Positions 48,532 through 57,875 of a stretch of DNA of 64,000 nucleotides are shown piece after piece (position 1 is the first letter of the stretch; each line of letters begins with the position of its first letter). Location: IMG/VR virus record IMGVR_UViG_3300032524_000070; one strand, written 5' to 3'. Source of the DNA: a virus. A model generated the notes under the pieces. The model was given only the letters and a program-made list of their open reading frames with translations. It was not told where the DNA came from and ran no database searches. The position numbers and the translations under genes were made by a program.

Positions 48532-48546
48532 CGGTAGCGTGCCTAT
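48532..48546 (+). promoter_or_regulatory. putative late promoter motif, copy 5
   Basis: cggt-agcgt-gcctat, followed by N11-ggtgga. Confidence 0.6.
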
Positions 48547-48569
48547 GAACCCGAAGGGGTGGAGGCACG

Positions 48570-49316
48570 ATGCACCGGATTCGCCTGACCACGCACCACG
48601 GCCTGATCGTCGCCCCCGACGTTGCAGACGCCATGCGTGCGCTGGAAGTGGCAGCCAGCAACAACGGCAAGTGGCGAGTCCGCTTCACCGCCCCCGCCCC
48701 CCAGCCCTACAGCCCCACCTCGCTCGTCCCCGCTGGCCGTGAGGTCACCCTCGTCTTCGAGAAGGACGGCGTAGACCCGCTGACGGCCCTGCACGCGGCC
48801 TGGGGTGCGGCCATCCCGCTGGGGTTCACCCCCCGGCTCCGCGACCCCCTCATCGAGCCCGGCTGCACGGTGTTCAGATTCTTCGGTCCCTGGCAGTCCC
48901 TCTACGGGAAGCTCCTGGCCGAAGGGCGTGGTCACCTTGCGTGGCCCTCCGTCTGCTGTGCAGCCCAGCTCGATGCCGGAGCCTGGCAGGGGGACAAGGA
49001 AGAAACCCGCTTCGTCCAGGCCCAGCTTCACCGACTCGGGCGGAACCCCGGCCCCATCGACGGCGTGATCGGGCAGCGAACAGCCGCCGCCGTCGAGAGC
49101 CTGAACCTGCCTCGCGGGTCGTTGACCATCGTGGCGGACCATCTGCGGACGGCAGAGGGGCACAAGAATCTGGACAAGGTGACGCGGGGCCACCTGCACA
49201 TCCCAGGACAGCAGCTCGTGGTCGAAGGCTACGGAGGGGTCAAGGCATGGCCGATGGACAACGGTGCGGGCTTCGAGGTGACCGGGCCGGGTCGCATCGT
49301 GGTGGACGTGCGGTGA
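48570..49316 (+). CDS. peptidoglycan-binding-domain protein (lysin- or virion-related)
   Basis: VQAQLHRLGRNPGPIDGVIGQRTAAAV fits the PG_binding_1 motif. Confidence 0.65.
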   Translation: MHRIRLTTHHGLIVAPDVADAMRALEVAASNNGKWRVRFTAPAPQPYSPTSLVPAGREVTLVFEKDGVDPLTALHAAWGAAIPLGFTPRLRDPLIEPGCTVFRFFGPWQSLYGKLLAEGRGHLAWPSVCCAAQLDAGAWQGDKEETRFVQAQLHRLGRNPGPIDGVIGQRTAAAVESLNLPRGSLTIVADHLRTAEGHKNLDKVTRGHLHIPGQQLVVEGYGGVKAWPMDNGAGFEVTGPGRIVVDVR

Positions 49317-49882
49317 TGCGGCAGATCAAGACCAGCTCCAGAGCTGAGAACGCTCTGATGGAGGGGGTCGGCAAGGCCCTGGACTCCAAGCTCACCGACA
49401 TCGGGCACGCAGCAGTGCGGGAGATCGTCGGGCAAGGCAACCACCTGTCGCTCGACCCGACGATGCTGCCCTACGTCTTCTGGGCGATTGCGACCGGCTC
49501 GGGTCTGCCCCGGATGGGGACGAAGGAGCAGAAGGCGTTCGACATGATGAAGACCATCATGGTCCGCACCGGGACGATGCCGCCGTACCAGAGCGCCTTC
49601 AACATGGCGGACGACCTGTCCGTGGACTCTGCCGTGGACGCCATTGCGACCTACATGGGTCGCTGGTCCTTGCGGACGATGTTCCCTGCGATCCTGATGG
49701 CGTACAAGGCTGCCCTCACCTCGCAAGTGAGGAACGTGCCGAAGGCCACCAACGGTCAGGTGTCGTCGGACAAGGCGTTCGACTTCCTGCGCTTCCTGTT
49801 CCGTTCGACCGTGGACATCTCATCGAGCATGTTCCGTGACGGCGAGCTGCTCCGTAGGGTCGTCCGACTTCTCCCGATCTAG
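49316..49882 (+). CDS. hypothetical protein
   Basis: TGATG coupling; MRQIKTSS... Confidence 0.6.
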   Translation: MRQIKTSSRAENALMEGVGKALDSKLTDIGHAAVREIVGQGNHLSLDPTMLPYVFWAIATGSGLPRMGTKEQKAFDMMKTIMVRTGTMPPYQSAFNMADDLSVDSAVDAIATYMGRWSLRTMFPAILMAYKAALTSQVRNVPKATNGQVSSDKAFDFLRFLFRSTVDISSSMFRDGELLRRVVRLLPI

Positions 49883-49936
49883 GGGGGTCATCTTCTGCGT
49901 GGTCGGGTAGTCCCGGGGCATCCCTGCGGAGACGGC

Positions 49937-51553
49937 ATGGCAGAAGATCGAGTAGCGCGAGTCGCAGCAAAGTTGAAGGCCATCCGCGAGCGGACCGACC
50001 TGAAGCTCAAGCCGACCCCCCACCTCAAGACGACGTTCACGGACTTCTCAGGCAACGAGAGGGACCTGACGATCCGCTACTACCAGGTGCAGGGCATCCT
50101 CCACCTCATCTTCATGAAGCGGTTCCTGCTGGGCGATGACACTGGCCTCGGCAAGACGTTGGAGGCCATCGCAGCCCTTTGCTACATTTGGGAGAAGGAC
50201 CCGACCCGCAAGGTCATCGTCCTGACCACGAAGTCAGCGACCCCCCAGTGGGCCAAGGAGTTCAGCAAGTTCACTAAGGGCGTCCGGGTCATCGTCGCCT
50301 CCGGCACCCGCAAGCACCGCGAGGCTGCCTACGCGACGTGGCGGAAGGGCTCGATGCCCACCGTCATGGTCATGGGCTACCGCTCTGCCGTGAACGACAT
50401 CCGCAGGCTCCAGAAGGACGAGGGCTACATCCTCATCTGCGATGAGGCCACGGCGTTCAAGAACCCCAAGACGCAGGTGCATCAGGCCATCCGGCACATG
50501 AGCGAGATGGCCGACCGGACGTGGGCTCTGACGGCCACCCTCATCAAGAATCACCTGATGGAGGGCCACGGCATCTTCCAGGTGGTCGTGCCCGGCCTGT
50601 TCGGGACAGCCAACAACTTCATGTACTACTACTGCATCGTCGAGATGATGCAGATCGGCAGGGGTCGCAAGGTCCCCCGCGTCGTCGGCTACTACCCCGA
50701 GAAGGTGGTCGAGTTCCGCGACCACATCGAGCCGTACTACTACGGACGCCCCAAGCACGAAGTCGCCAAGGAGCTGCCCACCCTCACCCGCGAGCTGTTC
50801 GAGGTCGGCCTATCTGCGGCCCAGGAGAGCAAGTACAACGAGGCCCTGACCGGGTTCCTTGAGGTGGGCGAGAAGCGGGCAGAGGGGCCGGAGGAGAAGG
50901 AGGTCACGAAGCTGACGGCGATCTCCTACTGCCAGCAGATCGTCAACCACCCGTCGCTCATCGAGTGCCCCGGCGGCTCCGGCAAGCTGGATGCCCTGTT
51001 GGAGATGCTGACCGAGGGGGACTTGGCGGACGAGAAGATCATCATCTTCAGCCGGTTCAAGAAGATGGTGGACCTGCTGATGCCCGCCCTCAAGAAGGCG
51101 AAGATCAAGGCGGTTCGGGTCACCGGGGACGAGAACGAGAAGCAGCGGCAGGCTGCACAGGACGCCTTCCAGAACCCGGAGGACGACACACGGGTCATCT
51201 GCATCACGTCGGCGGGTGGGGAGGCCATCAACCTCCAGGCGGCCAAGGCCATCATCTTCTTCGACACGCCCTGGTCGGCGGGTGAGTACCTCCAGATCCT
51301 CGGCAGGATGATCCGCATCGGGTCGGAGCACGCGGCTGTCCTGGCCATCCACCTCGTCGCCAAGCTGGCGAACGGCAAGCCGACCATCGACCAACGGGTC
51401 ATGGACGTGATCGGCAGCAAGATGAAGCTCATCGAGGCGGTCATTGGGGAGCGGCTGAAGGGTACTGACAAGATGAAGGGTGAGCGGCTCGAAGTCCGCA
51501 GCGAGATCAACGACCTGTTCGACGCCCTGCGGGAGGATGCGAAGCCGAAATGA
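49937..51553 (+). CDS. SNF2/SWI2-family helicase
   Basis: LLGDDTGLGKT, ICDEAT, LTAT, SGKLDAL, IIIFSRF, GGEAINLQ, QILGRMIRIG. Confidence 0.9.
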   Translation: MAEDRVARVAAKLKAIRERTDLKLKPTPHLKTTFTDFSGNERDLTIRYYQVQGILHLIFMKRFLLGDDTGLGKTLEAIAALCYIWEKDPTRKVIVLTTKSATPQWAKEFSKFTKGVRVIVASGTRKHREAAYATWRKGSMPTVMVMGYRSAVNDIRRLQKDEGYILICDEATAFKNPKTQVHQAIRHMSEMADRTWALTATLIKNHLMEGHGIFQVVVPGLFGTANNFMYYYCIVEMMQIGRGRKVPRVVGYYPEKVVEFRDHIEPYYYGRPKHEVAKELPTLTRELFEVGLSAAQESKYNEALTGFLEVGEKRAEGPEEKEVTKLTAISYCQQIVNHPSLIECPGGSGKLDALLEMLTEGDLADEKIIIFSRFKKMVDLLMPALKKAKIKAVRVTGDENEKQRQAAQDAFQNPEDDTRVICITSAGGEAINLQAAKAIIFFDTPWSAGEYLQILGRMIRIGSEHAAVLAIHLVAKLANGKPTIDQRVMDVIGSKMKLIEAVIGERLKGTDKMKGERLEVRSEINDLFDALREDAKPK

Positions 51554-51729
51554 GCGACCGACACACCTGCACGAAGGAAGATCCCTGGACGCCGCAGAAG
51601 GCCCAGCGGGCCTACCACCCGGACGCCCGCGAGGTAGGCGAGCAGGAGGATGGATGGCCCGCTGGTGACATCGTGACCGTCAAGTGCCCTCACTGTGGGC
51701 ACTCCTGGCGGAAGGAACTACCCCAGTGA
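51550..51729 (+). CDS. 59-aa Zn-ribbon protein (not in the ORF track)
   Basis: MSDRHTC...HPDA...VKCPHCGHSWRKELPQ; 4-nt overlaps at both ends. Confidence 0.6.
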   Translation: MSDRHTCTKEDPWTPQKAQRAYHPDAREVGEQEDGWPAGDIVTVKCPHCGHSWRKELPQ

Positions 51730-52961
51730 GCAACAAGAAGGACAACCGCCCGGACATCAAGCAGGAACATCCCCTGCTCGACTTCCCACAGGGCAACGGC
51801 GATGCAGACTGCCCCAAGTGCAAGGGTCGGGGCGTGGTCCCGGTGATGGTGGACCTTGGCGGCGGGAAGATGTGGCCCGGTGGGGGGACGCAGAACTGCG
51901 ACTGCATGTTCAAGCGGGACCTGATCGCCAACGTCAAGCGGGTCTGGAAGGTGTTGATGAACGTCGAGTCCGCCGAGGACTCGCCCCTCCTCGCCATGAC
52001 CAACCAGAACCTCTGGATCACGGCTTCCAACTACGATCTCCGGCGGCACCTCCGCTACGTCGCCTTCCGCATGGGGACCCGGTGGGACGCACGGGTCATC
52101 GCTGACGCCACCCTGGTCACCGCATGGCTCTCCAGCGTCAAGGACGTGTTCGACGCCGACGTGCTCCTGGAGCGCGACGGGTTCAACCGGGAGCGTCCAT
52201 CGGAGCACTACTTCACCCTGGTCGATCTGGCCGTGCCCTTCGACCTGCTCATCATCCGGCTCGGGGTGAAGGCAGCGAAGAACCGTGAGATGCCGAACGT
52301 GCTGGCAGAGGCGGTCAACGAGCGGGAGCAGCAGGGCAAGCCGACGTGGATCGTGGACTCCCCCATCAAGCCGCTGGCTCCGGGGCACATTTGCTACAAC
52401 GATGCCGTCGTGGAGATGCTGGACGGCTTCCGCCGAGTCATCCTCTCCGATGGGGCACACGTCCCCGCTGGCGTGACGACAGCAGCACAGCAGTACAAGG
52501 CCCCCAGGAGGGCAGGAGCGACCGCAGGAGCGGCTGATGCGACTCCGGCCTCGCCGTACACCCGCAGGAAGGCTGGGATGGCCCAGACGGCTCCTGCGAC
52601 CTCTCCGGCGGCCCCTCCACCGGAGCCAGTGGGCAACATGCCGATGGACGACTACGAGGGGGACCCTTCCGAGGTCTCCCTGGCCGACGACGACGAGTTC
52701 AGCGTGGATTCACTCCTCGCAGACGCCCACACCCCGCAGCTCACGGATGGTGGCGAGGGTTTGATGCCAGAGGATGAGGTCAACGTGGAGGAGCTGTTGG
52801 AGGACTTCCCGACCGCAAGCGAGCTGGGCGGCAACGCGAGGGAGCTGCCGTCGTTCCTGCGTGGGGCACTGACGAAGGATGACCGGCAGGCCAAGGAGAA
52901 GCAGGACAAGCGGCAGAAGCAACGGGACAAGAAGTTCGGGCCGAAGGGGGGTGGCCGATGA
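51726..52961 (+). CDS. Zn-finger plus degenerate DnaC/IstB-like protein (helicase-loader position)
   Basis: CPKC...CDC, DLLIIRLG, KPTWIVD; no intact Walker A seen; immediately upstream of DnaB. Confidence 0.45.
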   Translation: MSNKKDNRPDIKQEHPLLDFPQGNGDADCPKCKGRGVVPVMVDLGGGKMWPGGGTQNCDCMFKRDLIANVKRVWKVLMNVESAEDSPLLAMTNQNLWITASNYDLRRHLRYVAFRMGTRWDARVIADATLVTAWLSSVKDVFDADVLLERDGFNRERPSEHYFTLVDLAVPFDLLIIRLGVKAAKNREMPNVLAEAVNEREQQGKPTWIVDSPIKPLAPGHICYNDAVVEMLDGFRRVILSDGAHVPAGVTTAAQQYKAPRRAGATAGAADATPASPYTRRKAGMAQTAPATSPAAPPPEPVGNMPMDDYEGDPSEVSLADDDEFSVDSLLADAHTPQLTDGGEGLMPEDEVNVEELLEDFPTASELGGNARELPSFLRGALTKDDRQAKEKQDKRQKQRDKKFGPKGGGR

Positions 52962-54514
52962 AGTCTCTACTGCGGTCCCTGTTCATCGGCGATGCGGGCG
53001 ACAACGAGCAACTGCTCCTGAACAACTACCAGTTGTTCAACGGGTCGGGGCTCGGGTTCGACGTGCCCGAGTACAACGCGATCTGGAAGTACATCCAGGA
53101 GTTCGTGCGGACGCACAATCACGTCCCGGCCATCCTGACCATCCGGTCGCACTTCGAGTACGGCAAAGAGGACAGCGTCCTTGACCAGTTGAAGAACCTG
53201 GAGGGGTTGAAGGCCCGGACGAAGGGCGACTTCCAGGGTGTCCTCGAAGACCGGGCGAACGACCGGCGGCAGCGGTTGTGGTCGGAGGCTCTCAAGGAGG
53301 CGTCGATCATCACCTCGACCGGCATGGAGGTGCAGGAGGGTCGGGAAAAGAAGCTGCTCATCGGGCCGGTGATGTCGGCCCGCTACCTGATGGACAAGGC
53401 CCACGACGTAGTGGCTCCGACCATCGGTGGTCGGCTCTCCGGCGAGGTGACCAAGGACGGAGTGGCGGTCAAGGAGGAGTACGAGCGGGTGGAGAGTGAC
53501 CCGCTGGCAGGCATCGGGCAGTTCGCGTTCCTTGACCAGATGGACCGGGCGCTCGGTGGGGCGAAGCGGCACGAGCTGTGGATTCACGCGGCCTTCACGG
53601 GCGGGATGAAGTCCACGTTCATGCTGAACTGGGCCTACAACCAGGCGGTCATCTACGGGCACAACGCCCTGATCTTCTCGCTGGAGATGCCGTACAGCCA
53701 GTGCCGTCGCATCCTCTACGCCATCCATTCGATGCACCCGAAGTTCCGTGAGATTCGGATGCGGTTGGGGCTCCAGCAGGATCTCGACGGCGACGTGGGC
53801 CTGTCGTACACGGAGATCCGGGACGGGAAGCTGAGTGGCCCGGCCAAGCGGTTCTACTTCGACTTCGTGATCCCGGACTTCAACGGGACCGACGTGGTCA
53901 AGCACCCGTACCTGGACTGCGACTACGGGAAGATCCACATCGAGGTAGCCGACCCCGACAAGGACGACTTCACGATGCACGATCTCCGGTCGATGGCCGA
54001 GATCATCTACTCCAAGGAACCCTTCTCGATGATCTTCGTGGACCACTGCGGGCTGATGAGCCCCCGGCGGCACCGCAACAGCACCACCGAGAACTTGAAC
54101 GAGGTCATCCGCGACCTCAAGAAGCTGGCCCTAGGCTTCAACCGGGGCATGGGCATCGCCGTCGTGGGCCTCTTCCAGATCAGCCGCGAGGGGTACAAGA
54201 GCGCCCTCAAGGCCAAGGAGAAGACGGGCAAGGCGGGCTACAACCTGACCCACCTGTCCTACGCCAACGAGGCCGAGCGGTCGTCCGACGTGGTGACCTC
54301 GACCTGGATCGACGAGGACTTGAAGAACCAGAGCCGGGTGCAGTTCAACTGCCTCAAGTCCCGCGACCAGGCTCCGTTCGACCCCTTCATCGCGCGGGTA
54401 GAGTGGCCCTGTCGTCGCCTGCTCTCCTGTTTCGAGGTGGCCCGTACCCCGGAGGAGAACGCCAAGATGGGGGCCGAGATCGACAAGGCAGGCAAGGAGC
54501 TGGACGACGATTGA
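52958..54514 (+). CDS. DnaB-like replicative helicase
   Basis: AFTGGMKST (Walker A variant), IFSLEMP, IFVDH, LFQISR, ERSSDVV, KSRD. Confidence 0.85.
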   Translation: MKSLLRSLFIGDAGDNEQLLLNNYQLFNGSGLGFDVPEYNAIWKYIQEFVRTHNHVPAILTIRSHFEYGKEDSVLDQLKNLEGLKARTKGDFQGVLEDRANDRRQRLWSEALKEASIITSTGMEVQEGREKKLLIGPVMSARYLMDKAHDVVAPTIGGRLSGEVTKDGVAVKEEYERVESDPLAGIGQFAFLDQMDRALGGAKRHELWIHAAFTGGMKSTFMLNWAYNQAVIYGHNALIFSLEMPYSQCRRILYAIHSMHPKFREIRMRLGLQQDLDGDVGLSYTEIRDGKLSGPAKRFYFDFVIPDFNGTDVVKHPYLDCDYGKIHIEVADPDKDDFTMHDLRSMAEIIYSKEPFSMIFVDHCGLMSPRRHRNSTTENLNEVIRDLKKLALGFNRGMGIAVVGLFQISREGYKSALKAKEKTGKAGYNLTHLSYANEAERSSDVVTSTWIDEDLKNQSRVQFNCLKSRDQAPFDPFIARVEWPCRRLLSCFEVARTPEENAKMGAEIDKAGKELDDD

Positions 54515-56358
54515 TGCCCGCCCTGATCACCATCCACATGGCCCGTAAGCCCCTCGACGGGACGGTGGCGGGCAACGCCCTCAAGCACGGCACCGGCTCC
54601 CTCAACATCGGGGACACCCGGTTGGGGCACACGGAGACGTTGGAGTTCCTGGCGAAGCGGTCAGGCCGTCCAGCGGGCAATGCGTGGGCCGACATGGGCT
54701 TGAACGGCAAGCCTTCCAGCTACACGCCCGACGCCAAGGGTCGGTGGCCCGCGAACGTCATCTTCCAGCACGCAGCGGGGTGTCGGTGCGAGGGGACGAA
54801 GCGGGTGACCGGGACCGGGATCGCTATCGGACATCGAGGGGTTCGGGATAGTCATCTCTACGGGAAAGGGCTGGGGCATCTCCCCGAAGGCACCCCCGAC
54901 CTTGGCTATGCCGACCCTGATGGCAAGGAGGCCGTCGAGGACTGGATCTGCGCTCCCGGCTGCCCTGTGGCCGATCTCGACGAGCAGAGCGGGGAGCGGA
55001 AGACCACCTGGGTAGCCCCCGAACATGGCAACAATCGCTCCGGGGAGTTCATGGGTGCCCTGGGCCATCCGGGACAGCAGGGCTTCAACGACACGGGTGG
55101 GGCGTCCCGATTCTTCAAGCAGGTCACGACAGATGAGGAGGCACCGATGCCTGACTTGACGACGATCCACATGGCCCGCAAGCCCCTCGATGGCACCGTC
55201 GCGGGCAACGCCCTGAAGTACGGCACCGGGAGCCTCAACATCGGGGACACCCGGATCGGGGGTGAGGGAGGCACCTGCCGGACCGGGCGGGCCACCACGC
55301 CGACACCGCAGGGGTGGGCCAACATGGGCGGGCACGACATCGAATCCCTGAACGAGGGGCGGTGGCCCGCCAACGTCATCTTGGAGCACCTGCCCGGCTG
55401 CAAGCTCGTCGGCTCCCACCACGAGAGCTTCGACATCAACGTCTACGACGGCTCCACTCAGGGCAACTACCGCTCCTACAAGGCGTCTGATGGTCCCCTG
55501 CCCGAGAAGCTGGGGTCGGTCGAGAACGGCCAGACGGTCGATGAGTGGGAGTGCGTCGAAGGCTGTCCGGTCGCCGACATCGACGAGCAGAGCGGGGTCA
55601 CGGTAGCCAAGCGGAGTGGCCGAGGGGTCGGGTACACCGACAGCCCGGTCTACCACCCCGGAGGTCCGGGAGCTGCGGAGTTCGATACCGTCCGAGGGTT
55701 CGACGACAAGGGTGGGGCCTCGCGGTACTTCAAGCAGGTTCAAGGGGATCAGGACATGGCTGCTTTGACCGTCGCCCACATGGCTCGCAAGCCCCTCGAC
55801 GGCACCGTGGCCGAGAATGCTCTCAAGCACGGGACGGGGAGCCTGAACATTGACGGCACCCGGATCGGTGGCCCCAAGCCTGATACGACTCGTGGTGCAG
55901 GTGGGCAGCATGGGATCACGAGCCCCCGTGGGGAGCAGGGGCGGATTCTCGATGACGGGCAGGGCCGGTGGCCCGCGAACGTGGTCCTGGAGCACCTGCC
56001 AGGTTGCAAGCTGAAGGGGACGCTACGGGTACGTCCCCAGGGCGGGTCTGGTCGAGCTGGCCCTGGCAGTCGGGGCTTTCAAGATGCCTACGTCGGTGGC
56101 GAGAAGCGGGCTGAAGGGTTCACCGGGGGGCAGGTGGGTGATGACGGCAAGGAAGAGGTGGAGCGGTGGGTGTGCAAGCCCGGCTGCCCGGTGGCGGACA
56201 TTGATGAGCAGAGCGGGGTGCTGAAGAGCGGGGCCATGAGTGCAGAGGTCCAGCGTGGCTCCTTCGGTCAGTATGGCGTCTACGGCAAGGCCGATGGGTC
56301 TGGCGTCGGCACGGACTACAAAGCAACGGAGGGTGGGGCCTCCCGATTCTTCAAGCAG
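54514..56358 (+). repeat. three tandem ~600-630-bp coding repeats starting at 54514, 55147 and 55756
   Basis: Conserved blocks separated by unrelated variable segments. Confidence 0.95.
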
Positions 56359-57132
56359 GGGCAGTCCACCGACCTCATCGCGTACCTCCTGACGATGGCC
56401 TCGACCCCGGACGCCACGGCGTACTTCGTGGACACGGAGCACTGGCCGGAGCACGACAAGGACTGGCCGGACGGCTCCATCTGCGGCTTCGTCGTCCAGG
56501 GCAAGGTGACCCAGTGGCACGTGGACGAGTTCATGCGCCTCCTGCCCCCCGGCGGGCACATCTTCCTCATCGCCCCGGACGAGCAGCCGACCGGGCACAC
56601 CGGGGCGATCCTCTTGGAGGACAGCGGCTTCGAGATCCGGGACGCCATCCTGCTCGTGAAAGGCCCTGGGCGGACGCACTACGTCGCAAAGGCCGGGCGT
56701 CGGGAGCGGGAGGCAGGCTGTGGCAACCTGACCGGCAAGGCCGGACACGAGGCGGTCGAACGGGCAGAGGGGTCAGCAGGGGTGGACAACCCTCGTGCTG
56801 GAGCTGGCCGGACGGCTGATCACGTCAAGAACTTCCACCCGACCGTGAAGCCCGTCGAGGTGATGGAGCGGCTGCTCGCCGACGTGCCCAAGGACCAGGG
56901 GCCGGTGCTCGACCCGTTCATGGGGAGTGGGACGACGGGGATCGCCTGCTCGAAGACGGGGCACAGCTTCATCGGCATCGAGCGAGACCCGGAGTACCTG
57001 GAGATCGCGGACGCCCGAGTGCGCTACTGGGACCGCACCCACGTCGGCTGGCAGGGGGCTGAGATCGAGTCGGACCACAAGGTCAATGAGCCGGAGCCAG
57101 AGGCGATGGACCTGATGGACTTCTTCGCATGA
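54514..57132 (+). CDS. beta-class N4/N6 DNA methyltransferase C-half: three tandem middle modules, degenerate catalytic half, SAM-binding motif
   Basis: 3x (MARKPLDGTVA.NALK.GTGSLNI...GRWPANV...GCPVAD.DEQSG...GGASR[FY]FKQ); then HPTVKP and VLDPFMGSGTTG; no DPPY. Confidence 0.85.
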   Translation: MPALITIHMARKPLDGTVAGNALKHGTGSLNIGDTRLGHTETLEFLAKRSGRPAGNAWADMGLNGKPSSYTPDAKGRWPANVIFQHAAGCRCEGTKRVTGTGIAIGHRGVRDSHLYGKGLGHLPEGTPDLGYADPDGKEAVEDWICAPGCPVADLDEQSGERKTTWVAPEHGNNRSGEFMGALGHPGQQGFNDTGGASRFFKQVTTDEEAPMPDLTTIHMARKPLDGTVAGNALKYGTGSLNIGDTRIGGEGGTCRTGRATTPTPQGWANMGGHDIESLNEGRWPANVILEHLPGCKLVGSHHESFDINVYDGSTQGNYRSYKASDGPLPEKLGSVENGQTVDEWECVEGCPVADIDEQSGVTVAKRSGRGVGYTDSPVYHPGGPGAAEFDTVRGFDDKGGASRYFKQVQGDQDMAALTVAHMARKPLDGTVAENALKHGTGSLNIDGTRIGGPKPDTTRGAGGQHGITSPRGEQGRILDDGQGRWPANVVLEHLPGCKLKGTLRVRPQGGSGRAGPGSRGFQDAYVGGEKRAEGFTGGQVGDDGKEEVERWVCKPGCPVADIDEQSGVLKSGAMSAEVQRGSFGQYGVYGKADGSGVGTDYKATEGGASRFFKQGQSTDLIAYLLTMASTPDATAYFVDTEHWPEHDKDWPDGSICGFVVQGKVTQWHVDEFMRLLPPGGHIFLIAPDEQPTGHTGAILLEDSGFEIRDAILLVKGPGRTHYVAKAGRREREAGCGNLTGKAGHEAVERAEGSAGVDNPRAGAGRTADHVKNFHPTVKPVEVMERLLADVPKDQGPVLDPFMGSGTTGIACSKTGHSFIGIERDPEYLEIADARVRYWDRTHVGWQGAEIESDHKVNEPEPEAMDLMDFFA

Positions 57133-57875
57133 GCCACGTCATCACCCTCCGGCTCGGCGACAGCTTCGAGGTGCTCAGGGAGCTGCCCGAGGGCTCTGTG
57201 GGGGCTGTGGTCTGTGATCCGCCCTACGGTCTGGAGTTCATGGGGAAGGCCTGGGACAAGCTCGACAACGAGGCATCGTCCCTACAGGGGATCGTGGACC
57301 CTGTGGAGTGGAATCAAGGTGAGTCCAACCCCTACAGTCGCTCCCGCATCCGAATGGGGGGTGCCGCTTACGGGACAGCGGCAGGGCAGGCTGGTCGTGC
57401 CATGCAGGAGTGGCATCGGGGCTGGCTCCGGGCCTGCTACCGGGTCCTCCAGCCGGGCGGGATCATCAAGGCGTTCTCGGCAACCAGGACGTTCCACCGG
57501 CTCGCAGCAGCGATGGAGGATGCGGGATTCTTGTTGCCCCCCGAGCACAGCCTCGAAGCCTGGGGATACGGGTCCGGGTTCCCGAAGTACCTCAACACCA
57601 GCAAGGCCATCGACAAGTTCATGGCGGGTGTGCCCCACGGAGGGCCTGACCCGACGAGCCCCAACCACGGCAAGTACAAGACGCAGGCCACGGAGGGGAA
57701 GCGCAGCGACAGTGATCAGGGTCAGGGCTTCGGAGCCGGGCCGGGATCGTTCATGCGGGAGGCTGGGATCCTGGACCACCACGAGGCGACGACCCCGGAG
57801 GCCGCTCAGTTCGAGGGATGGGCCACGGCCTTGAAACCAGGGTGGGAACCCTTCATCGTGGGGATCAAGCCGTGA
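57129..57875 (+). CDS. DNA methyltransferase N-half 1 (catalytic DPPY, no SAM-binding motif I)
   Basis: LGDS, CDPPYGLEFMGKAWD, RVLQPGG, YGSGFPK; ends ALKPGWEPFIVGIKP. Confidence 0.85.
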   Translation: MSHVITLRLGDSFEVLRELPEGSVGAVVCDPPYGLEFMGKAWDKLDNEASSLQGIVDPVEWNQGESNPYSRSRIRMGGAAYGTAAGQAGRAMQEWHRGWLRACYRVLQPGGIIKAFSATRTFHRLAAAMEDAGFLLPPEHSLEAWGYGSGFPKYLNTSKAIDKFMAGVPHGGPDPTSPNHGKYKTQATEGKRSDSDQGQGFGAGPGSFMREAGILDHHEATTPEAAQFEGWATALKPGWEPFIVGIKP

